From positions 1 to 30,667 of IMG/VR virus record IMGVR_UViG_3300043466_000799: a stretch of 30,667 nucleotides of DNA. The stretch is one strand, 5' to 3'. Origin of the DNA: a virus (lineage: Duplodnaviria; Caudoviricetes). The notes under the pieces are model-generated. The model was not told the origin of the DNA. It worked only from the letters and a program-made list of their open reading frames with translations, and ran no database searches. Made by a program: the position numbers and the translations under genes. Below, piece after piece: positions 25,293-30,667 of the stretch. How positions within the stretch are numbered: position 1 is the stretch's first letter; the number at the start of each line of letters is the position of its first letter.

Positions 25293-25474
25293 TCGCTGCA
25301 CGTATCCAAAACGGTGTTGTTATCGACCTAATCATCGTTGGTGATCCGGGTGGGCTGGATTGGGTGCACAGCAACCTCGATGGTGAGTGGGTCGATGGAA
25401 CCGGCGGAGCCATTGGTGACCGCTATATCGACGGCCAGTTCGTGCGTCCCGAGCAGCTCGATGAGATTGGCTAG
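25289..25474 (+). CDS. Small partner protein of the Gly-rich protein
   Basis: ATGA overlap; A.I.NGVV...IIV...GAIGD.Y.DG.F..P motif commonly seen next to Gly-rich phage proteins. Confidence 0.65.
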   Translation: MIAARIQNGVVIDLIIVGDPGGLDWVHSNLDGEWVDGTGGAIGDRYIDGQFVRPEQLDEIG

Positions 25475-25940
25475 TGCCATCATCCTGCTGCTGGCTGCTT
25501 GCAGCCCCGTGCAGCGCATTGCAGACCGTTCTAACGAGATCCGGGCCGAGGCCCAGGTCTTGCGCCACCACGGCCAGCAGGCCGACGACGCGGTCGTGGT
25601 GCACCATGCCGATGTCATCGACGGGCTGGCCGCCGACATCCACGGCGAGCTGCCGGGCGTTCAGGACCGGGTGCCGGCGTGGCTGTCCACCCTGCGGTGG
25701 TGGGGGATCGCGTTGGCCGGCGTGGCCGTGACGTTCGTCCTGTGGCAGTCTGGTGCGTTTACAGCCCTGCGGATCGCCATTGGGTGGCTTCCGAGGCGCC
25801 AGGTTTCCACGGCTGAACTGGCGGCTGATATGCTAGACCCTGCCCGCCCGGAGTCCGAGCGGGAGTTCGTGGCGGCGATGCGGGCGCGTGACCCGGTTTT
25901 CGATGCCGCCTATCGCCGCATCAAGAAAGGCAAACGATGA
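25461..25940 (+). CDS. Lipoprotein with an internal TM helix (unimolecular-spanin-like topology)
   Basis: Start reassigned to ATG 25461. MRLASAIILLLAA-C lipobox (Cys14); TM segment WWGIALAGVAVTFVLW at about aa 80-95. Confidence 0.6.
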   Translation: MRLASAIILLLAACSPVQRIADRSNEIRAEAQVLRHHGQQADDAVVVHHADVIDGLAADIHGELPGVQDRVPAWLSTLRWWGIALAGVAVTFVLWQSGAFTALRIAIGWLPRRQVSTAELAADMLDPARPESEREFVAAMRARDPVFDAAYRRIKKGKR

Positions 25941-26056
25941 TTCTCGCTAGCGCGTTCTCCGATTTTCTAGGCAACATCTGGTTCGCCTGCCTCGCCCTCG
26001 CCCTCGGCGTGGGCGCCGGTTGGGTGCTGCGCGGCAAGTACGGCAGCAAGATCTGA
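25937..26056 (+). CDS. 39-aa single-pass membrane peptide (not in the ORF track)
   Basis: ATGA overlap with the lipoprotein stop. Translates as MILASAFSDFLGNIWFACLALALGVGAGWVLRGKYGSKI*. Confidence 0.65.
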   Translation: MILASAFSDFLGNIWFACLALALGVGAGWVLRGKYGSKI

Positions 26057-26079
26057 GACAAATCCCGCCATATGGTGGG

Positions 26080-26122
26080 CAGGCCCGGCGCGTAGCTCCA
26101 TGCGTGTCGGGCCTGTTGTCGT
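26080..26122 (+). terminator. Terminator-like hairpin ending the + strand structural operon
   Basis: CAGGCCCGGCGCGTA / TGCGTGTCGGGCCTG 15-bp stem whose three G-U pairs work only on the + transcript; weak TTGTCGT tail. Confidence 0.6.
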
Positions 26123-26125
26123 AAT

Positions 26126-26167
26126 GGAAAGCCCCCGGCTTCCCGCATCATGCGTTCCACCGGGGGC
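26126..26167 (-). terminator. Terminator-like hairpin ending the - strand operon
   Basis: GCCCCCGG...CCGGGGGC stem with an inner CGCA/TGCG hairpin, followed by TTTCC on the - strand, just downstream of the Gp157-like stop. Confidence 0.55.
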
Positions 26168-26190
26168 GAGGATGAGACTGAGACGTTTGT

Positions 26191-26697
26191 TCAGCGTACC
26201 CGCAGGCTGGTTCCGCGCTCCATCAGGGAGCAGCCGACGACCTCCTCGCCGGCCTCGAGCGCCTGGCGGATGGTGTCGGCGTCCGGCTCTCGCTTGACAC
26301 GCACGAACCTGCCGTCCCACAGGTCCATTGCAGTCGGGTCGATGGCGACGGGCACCTTGCCGCCGTTGCGCTGCACCGAGATCTTGAACCGCTCGGTGTC
26401 GATCTTGAGGCGTCCGGTGCCCTCCATTGCGCCCTTGAGGCGTTCCTTGAGGCGTTCGGCCAGTGCCGAGTCGCAGCCGGCCAGTTCCCGCATGCGGCGG
26501 GCCTCGGCGGTACGGGCCTCGGCCCGGGCCTCCAGCTCGCGGATGACGAGGACGTAGTCCTCGGCCTTCTCGGTCAAAGCGGCGTCAAGCCCTTCGAGGA
26601 CGGCGGCGAGTTCGGCCTGCACCTCCGGCGATTCCGGTGTGTCGAGCAGGCGGTCAACGATGGTGGCGAGGTCAGTCGAGATGGCGTAAAGGCTCAT
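26191..26697 (-). CDS. Siphovirus Gp157 / Gam-like coiled-coil protein
   Basis: MSLY.I start; EKAE.Y...I.ELEA......EA.R; KI.T.RF.ISV.RN; PD...I..AL..G..V.G..L......LRVR. Confidence 0.88.
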   Translation of the reverse strand: MSLYAISTDLATIVDRLLDTPESPEVQAELAAVLEGLDAALTEKAEDYVLVIRELEARAEARTAEARRMRELAGCDSALAERLKERLKGAMEGTGRLKIDTERFKISVQRNGGKVPVAIDPTAMDLWDGRFVRVKREPDADTIRQALEAGEEVVGCSLMERGTSLRVR

Positions 26698-26710
26698 ATG
26701 TAATCACCTT

Positions 26711-27481
26711 TCAGAACGGGAGTTCGGTGGTGGGTGCGGGGACGGTAACGTTGGGCTGCCGCCAGCGCATGATGGTGAGTGTGCCGTTGACACGGGAGAG
26801 TTCAAGCGTGCCCTCGCCGGCGTCCTTGGCGAGCGTCACGAACTCGGGAACGTCGGTGGTAATCCAGGCGGTTCCGTGCTCGCCGTCGATTTGGATGGCG
26901 ACTGGCTTGTTTTTGCGCTCGGCCACGCGCAGGACGACGGCCTTGCCCTCCCAGTTGTCCGGGTACTGGTCGGCGGGCGCAGACGGCCTAGCAGGCTCCT
27001 TGACGGCCTCGACGGTCTCGATGGGCCTCGGGGCTGGCGCAGCCTTGGCAGGGGCAGGGGCGGGCTTTGCGGGGCTGCTGGTGCGGTCCTGACGGTCCTG
27101 CTCACCGTCCTCGTCCTCCTCGCCGACGATGCCGGCGATTGCCGCTGCGCTGTACCGGCGCAGGTAGGTGCAGATCGACCCGAGGGTCTGAACCGTGGCA
27201 CGCTCGGGGAACGGCATGCTGACCGTCTCGGCGATGAACTCGCCGCTGGTGTGCATGACGGTCGTCTCGACCGACACCATGCCGTTGTCGGTGTTGATCG
27301 ACTGGACGAGCGTCAGACCCTGCGCGGCGAACGGAACGCGGATGGCGTTCAGGATCGCGCCCAGGCTGGCGTAGCGGTTCTTGAAGTGCGGGTTGACGCT
27401 GTCAAGGTTTGGGTTCTTGATCTGGGTGTTGGCGAGCGCCAGCGAACTGGCGAGCGCCCCGATGGTTTGACTCGTACGCAT
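26711..27481 (-). CDS. erf: ERF-family ssDNA annealing protein
   Basis: NPHFKNRYASL, H.SGE, Q.LGS..TY.RRY...AI.GI..E.D.DG ERF signature. Start reassigned to ATG 27481 behind a GAGGA RBS. Confidence 0.9.
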   Translation of the reverse strand: MRTSQTIGALASSLALANTQIKNPNLDSVNPHFKNRYASLGAILNAIRVPFAAQGLTLVQSINTDNGMVSVETTVMHTSGEFIAETVSMPFPERATVQTLGSICTYLRRYSAAAIAGIVGEEDEDGEQDRQDRTSSPAKPAPAPAKAAPAPRPIETVEAVKEPARPSAPADQYPDNWEGKAVVLRVAERKNKPVAIQIDGEHGTAWITTDVPEFVTLAKDAGEGTLELSRVNGTLTIMRWRQPNVTVPAPTTELPF

Positions 27482-27519
27482 GTGCATCCTCAATGTGTCG
27501 AACACCACGTTCGACGTGT

Positions 27520-27550
27520 GGACTGTATACAGTCCTGTATACGCTGTCAA
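27520..27550 (-). promoter_or_regulatory. Sigma70-type promoter for erf/gp157 with an overlapping 16-bp palindrome
   Basis: On the - strand TTGACA-N17-TACAGT. Perfect palindrome GGACTGTATACAGTCC at 27520-27535 overlaps the -10. Confidence 0.75.
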
Positions 27551-27978
27551 CGGGCTGCGTAAGAAATCGTGACAAAGGTTTCTGACTGCGAACCGAAGCG
27601 CTTATGTGCGTTCAGCCACACGACTTGCGAGTCATCGACCATCACGACGCCGGTCAGACCGTCAAGCAGGGCGCGGCACAGCTTGTCGATGTCAGGCTTG
27701 CCCGGGTGTAGGGGAGCCTTGTTGGTCAACGTGCCAGCCTTGCGCCAGTGACTCTTGGGCCGCTCAAACACGAACTCGGCGCTGATGGTGCAGGCGACCG
27801 CAGCCGGCGGCCCGACCCAAGCACGCCCAGCCTCATAGGCGACGGCGGCTCGCCACGGCTTCAGGCGCTTGCACTGGTCGAACATCACCGTCCGACCGTT
27901 CCGCAGGCGCACTAGGCGCTTGCTCCCTTGCGGTGCTGCCATACCCGGCACGGTGAATTCGATCAGGCGGTCGTTCAT
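27547..27978 (-). CDS. rusA: RusA-like Holliday junction resolvase
   Basis: F.VPG...PQGSKR N-terminus; F.F.RPKSH; KPDIDKL.RA.LDGL......DDSQV catalytic motifs. Confidence 0.9.
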   Translation of the reverse strand: MNDRLIEFTVPGMAAPQGSKRLVRLRNGRTVMFDQCKRLKPWRAAVAYEAGRAWVGPPAAVACTISAEFVFERPKSHWRKAGTLTNKAPLHPGKPDIDKLCRALLDGLTGVVMVDDSQVVWLNAHKRFGSQSETFVTISYAAR

Positions 27979-28135
27979 AGATCAGGAGTCTCTGCTTGAG
28001 CTCGTTGCAGCCGCGCATGAGCAGCGCCATCTCGTTGCGCAGGTAGATGATTTCATCTCGTGCCTCGGCCAAGATCGGGCTGACGAACGGCTGGACATCA
28101 ATGCGGTCGATGATGTCCTCGTCAGTCTCTGGCAT
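27833..28135 (-). CDS. Hypothetical protein (DI.DR...EA.DEI..LR type small phage protein)
   Basis: TGATG coupling at 28135; coiled-coil N-half; the C-terminal part overlaps rusA by 146 nt. Confidence 0.55.
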   Translation of the reverse strand: MPETDEDIIDRIDVQPFVSPILAEARDEIIYLRNEMALLMRGCNELKQRLLIYERPPDRIHRAGYGSTAREQAPSAPAERSDGDVRPVQAPEAVASRRRL

Positions 28136-28374
28136 CACGTGTCCCTGTGCATGTATCGCAGTGTGTCCTGATGCTTTGTCATCAGATCCTGTAGCGCGAT
28201 CCGCGCCCGCATGTGCGCTGCACGCAGATCCTCGATGCGTTGCTCGAGCAGGCTTGCCTGTAGCGTCCGCAAGGCCAAGGCAGTACGGCACTCTCGCACC
28301 AACGTGACACCGTTTAGGTCAGGCGCGTTGCCGGCGAGGTACGAATCAATCCGGCGCATCAGGTCGTCGTGCAT
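28135..28374 (-). CDS. Hypothetical coiled-coil protein
   Basis: GAGGA RBS before ATG 28377/28374; translationally coupled to the next gene. Confidence 0.6.
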   Translation of the reverse strand: MHDDLMRRIDSYLAGNAPDLNGVTLVRECRTALALRTLQASLLEQRIEDLRAAHMRARIALQDLMTKHQDTLRYMHRDT

Positions 28375-28567
28375 CATCGTCCTCAATGATAGTGGTGCGC
28401 CAGATAGCGATTTGCATTGGTGCGCTAACGCGAACCTTGGTCGCCTTCTTGCTGCTTGGTCTGAACACGGCGACAACCTTGTCCTCGAGCGTCAGGATGG
28501 CGGACTCGCCACCCTTCAGCGTCAGGACCACGGTGCCGAATTCAGGCGGGATGCGTGTCTGCCTCAT
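28346..28567 (-). CDS. CsrA/RsmA-like RNA-binding protein (divergent)
   Basis: VVLTLKGGESAIL...KVRVSAPMQIAIWR aligns by eye with E. coli CsrA LILTRRVGETLMI...RIGVNAPKEVSVHR; GAGGG RBS. Confidence 0.62.
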   Translation of the reverse strand: MRQTRIPPEFGTVVLTLKGGESAILTLEDKVVAVFRPSSKKATKVRVSAPMQIAIWRTTIIEDDDARRPDAPD

Positions 28568-28575
28568 TTTGTCCC

Positions 28576-28833
28576 TCAGAACGGGATGTCGGTATCGGGA
28601 AGCGGACGGTGATTGGCCTGCTTGGAAGGCGCTGCTGGTGCATCCTCGCGCTCACGCGGCAGGCTGAACTTCAGCGAAAGCATCTCGGTCCCCTTGCTCG
28701 TTGTCTTCGTCCAGGCTGCGATCTCCATGACCACCCCATTGACCATGCAGTTCCCGCGCCAATCGGGCTGGCGGTCGTGCTGCTTGCGGTTCTGGAACAT
28801 CGCTCCGGTGTCAGGCTTCGGTTCGTAGCTCAT
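28576..28833 (-). CDS. Small SSB-like (DUF736-like) protein with an acidic DIPF tail
   Basis: G.MF.N.K....PD.RG......IAAW......LSL motif; ends in DTDIPF; AGGAG RBS before ATG 28833. Confidence 0.7.
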   Translation of the reverse strand: MSYEPKPDTGAMFQNRKQHDRQPDWRGNCMVNGVVMEIAAWTKTTSKGTEMLSLKFSLPREREDAPAAPSKQANHRPLPDTDIPF

Positions 28834-29011
28834 CGCGCATCTCCTTGATCCTGCGTTGCAGGATTTGATTGTGCTGCTCAAGGTCTTCGATACGAGTTAC
28901 CGCAGCGGTAAGTAGCTCGTCCATCCACGGGTCAATCCGATTGCGAGGGAAGTCATGGGCTGCCTTCCGCAGGCGTTCCTTCAGTTGTTTTTCAAGTGCT
29001 CCCACTGTCAT
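28811..29011 (-). CDS. Hypothetical protein (L.ERLR...AA.RIE.LE type)
   Basis: AAGGAG RBS before ATG 29011; 66-aa helical protein. Confidence 0.6.
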   Translation of the reverse strand: MTVGALEKQLKERLRKAAHDFPRNRIDPWMDELLTAAVTRIEDLEQHNQILQRRIKEMRDELRTEA

Positions 29012-29408
29012 ACTCCTTTGCGGCCTTGGCCGCGTAGCCGTCCGTGGCTCTCCGGCGCTTCCCTGTTGCGCCCCGTGGCCCTCCGTTGTGGATTCTCGAC
29101 ACCGTGTCAATCGACCAATCCTGCGCGTAGCGCGAGAGATAGGCGATGACAACGCGCTTGGCGTATTCGGGGTCGGTGACATCGGTGTACGGGCGCGAAC
29201 GAAGCGACTTGTCGTACTCGCAGGCGTCCTTCCAGTACACCTCCCAGATCTGGAAACGACCGAGCGCCTTCCCGTTGTCGCCGACGGCACGGTCCGGCTG
29301 ACGCTCGCCACCAGTCTCAACGGCTGCGATGGCGGTCAGGATGCGGTTCACGTCTGTGCCGGCAGGCGGCGGCACGACCAGCGCGGCAGCAATGATGGCG
29401 GTTATCAT
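28992..29408 (-). CDS. Lysozyme-fold muramidase, invertebrate (i-type/destabilase)-like, with a hydrophobic N-terminus
   Basis: AIAAVETGG (catalytic Glu); G.FQI...YWKDA; RIHNGGPRG. Start at ATG 29408 by ATGA overlap; MITAIIAAALVV leader. Confidence 0.8.
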   Translation of the reverse strand: MITAIIAAALVVPPPAGTDVNRILTAIAAVETGGERQPDRAVGDNGKALGRFQIWEVYWKDACEYDKSLRSRPYTDVTDPEYAKRVVIAYLSRYAQDWSIDTVSRIHNGGPRGATGKRRRATDGYAAKAAKEYDSGST

Positions 29409-29725
29409 TCCCGGCTCCTCGGCTGCTCTCGCATCAGTTCCTTCTCGCAACCGTGCGCGTCGAACGCCGCCGTGATGCCGGCGGGCAGATCGGGCATGTG
29501 CATTTGGTGGCCGTTGACGAGGACGCCTTCGAGCGTCCAGGTCCACAGCTTCCACGCCGTTGACGGGTACGAGTTACCGTGCTGGTCGAAGTCTTCATAC
29601 GACTCCTCGCTCCAGTGCGCGGTAAGAACGCCAACAACGTGATTCTCCTGCGCGAACTCGATGGCATTGGCGTTGTCGTCGTCTAGCCAATCCAGATCCA
29701 AATCAATCGTGTGCTCGGTAGTCAT
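29405..29725 (-). CDS. Acidic hypothetical protein
   Basis: GGAGG RBS; ATGA couplings on both sides; 106 aa. Confidence 0.7.
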   Translation of the reverse strand: MTTEHTIDLDLDWLDDDNANAIEFAQENHVVGVLTAHWSEESYEDFDQHGNSYPSTAWKLWTWTLEGVLVNGHQMHMPDLPAGITAAFDAHGCEKELMREQPRSRE

Positions 29726-30036
29726 GCGATCCTCCAGACCCGCACGAGGCGGCGGTGAGTACTGACACGGGCAGACTGACGAACGTCGCCAGTCCAGACG
29801 AATCCCTCGCGGAAGACGCTGCCAGCGGCATTGCCAAGGTCAGCGTAGTTCATCCCGGCTGCGGCCATGAGCGCCGCCACATCGTCGGCGGTCACGGTGC
29901 CGTGCTGTGCTGCGTACTCGTGGGCAAACAGGCGGGCCTGCGTCAGCAGGAGCTCGCGGGCGTCCGCAGCCAACGCCATGCCGACGTCACGCCGGCGGGC
30001 TGCCTCAACGATGTCGAACAGTGGTAGGCCGTGCAT
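29722..30036 (-). CDS. Hypothetical protein (possible winged-helix DNA-binding protein)
   Basis: TGATG coupling at 30036; RD.GM..A...VTADDV...NAAGSVF...H.R...VW pattern of small phage proteins. Confidence 0.65.
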   Translation of the reverse strand: MHGLPLFDIVEAARRRDVGMALAADARELLLTQARLFAHEYAAQHGTVTADDVAALMAAAGMNYADLGNAAGSVFREGFVWTGDVRQSARVSTHRRLVRVWRIA

Positions 30037-30257
30037 CACAGCCCCCCTTCGGTGGCCTCGGCGGCGACGATTGAGCGGTACTTGGCGACGGCGGCCTTGA
30101 CCGCTTCGCGTCGGCTGAACCCGACGGCCCACACGGACTGCGAGATTTCGGCAATCCAGTTGGGCTTGCCGTCTGGCTTGCAGGTCAGAACGGAACGGAT
30201 ACCAGCGTCACGCTCAGCGCTGGTCACATCAAGAAACTTGAACGGTGAGTGGTGCAT
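30036..30257 (-). CDS. Hypothetical protein, first gene of the leftward operon
   Basis: GAGGA RBS before ATG 30257, directly downstream of a consensus promoter; 73 aa. Confidence 0.6.
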   Translation of the reverse strand: MHHSPFKFLDVTSAERDAGIRSVLTCKPDGKPNWIAEISQSVWAVGFSRREAVKAAVAKYRSIVAAEATEGGL

Positions 30258-30291
30258 GTCATCCTCTTTCTGCCACGTCATGTGGCTGCTG

Positions 30292-30322
30292 GGACTATAT
30301 AGGGCTGTATATCGTGCGTCAA
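30292..30322 (-). promoter_or_regulatory. Sigma70-type promoter for the leftward (early/middle) operon
   Basis: On the - strand TTGACG-N17-TATAGT, with an A-tract (30348-30354) upstream; same architecture as the 27520-27550 promoter. Confidence 0.78.
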
Positions 30323-30396
30323 GTGGGTCAACATGAGCATTTGCCAATTTTTTTGGTTGTAGCCGTTTGCATTATTCGGGTCCGTAATCTGATGTC

Positions 30397-30667
30397 GTGC
30401 CTGATCGTGACCTGCGCACAGTCCCACGCATCGCACGCGAACTCGCCAACAAGGCCGCTCGCCGACATACGCATGATGCGTCAGACATCACCGGGAAGAT
30501 CGGTGTTGACCGACTACCAGTTGGAACCACCAGCACGACCGTGTGTGCTGGCGACGATGCACGATTGAGCGATTCCAGGCGTCCCGATGCGCACACGCAC
30601 GGCATTGGTGAGCTGACGCAGTCAGGCGCAACCAGCGGTCAGGTCATCGCTTGGGATGGATCAGCGT
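30397..30667 (+). CDS. Tail-fibre-like protein, 3'-truncated (not in the ORF track)
   Basis: Open from GTG 30397 to the window end: ...NKAARRHTHDASDITG...GTTSTTVCAGDDARLSDSRRPDAHTHG...GATSGQVIAWDGSA. HxH and GQV..W.G are fibre repeat motifs. Confidence 0.7.
   Translation, partial: MPDRDLRTVPRIARELANKAARRHTHDASDITGKIGVDRLPVGTTSTTVCAGDDARLSDSRRPDAHTHGIGELTQSGATSGQVIAWDGSA

Larger units (their letters stand above)
1..30667. mobile_element. Podophage (BPP-1/epsilon15-like virion module) genome fragment, virion or prophage DNA
   Basis: Contiguous order portal-scaffold-capsid-cement-adaptor-nozzle-ejection proteins-tailspikes, plus a phage recombination operon. No bacterial housekeeping genes, integrase or att site in the window. 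Confidence 0.95.

Noticed and set aside
26057-26190. tRNA or attP site in the convergent intergenic region
   Set aside because: No cloverleaf or TTCGA T-loop, and no integrase in the window.
27497-27544. LexA/SOS boxes (CTGTATA half-sites; TCGAAC-N5-GTTCGA)
   Set aside because: Spacing does not fit CTGT-N8-ACAG or GAAC-N4-GTTC. Kept only as an unassigned operator and an RNA hairpin.
1-30667. Host assignment (e.g. an aquatic Planctomycetota or other diderm, suggested by the CsrA-like and lipoprotein genes)
   Set aside because: An impression only; it cannot be supported without homology, CRISPR-spacer or prophage evidence.
1-30667. CRISPR array, rRNA, introns/inteins or stop-codon recoding
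   Set aside because: No repeat-spacer pattern, RNA gene signature, intein motif or interrupted conserved ORF was seen; genes read through in the standard code.

Overview
The window is a GC-rich fragment of a tailed dsDNA podophage with the BPP-1/epsilon15-type virion gene order. The + strand (1-26056) carries the 3' part of the portal, a possible decoration protein, Bbp19-like, scaffold, major capsid, Bbp16-like cement, adaptor, nozzle, three ejection proteins (one of 2900 aa), two beta-helix tailspikes, Gly-rich accessory proteins and small membrane/lipoprotein genes. A convergent - strand operon (26191-30257) encodes Gp157/Gam-like, ERF annealase, RusA, a CsrA-like protein, an SSB-like protein, an i-type-lysozyme-like protein and several unknowns, driven by two near-identical sigma70-type promoters. 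A divergent + strand tail-fibre-like gene runs off the right end. The strongest signal is in the 2900-aa ejection protein. Three tandem ADP-ribosyltransferase-fold cassettes with foreign-looking codon usage are each bounded by a hydrophobic-x-Gln|Ala/Thr motif and sit directly before an HExxH zincin motif, which suggests an injected, protease-processed, modular effector polyprotein. All family assignments come from motif recognition by eye; no searches were run.
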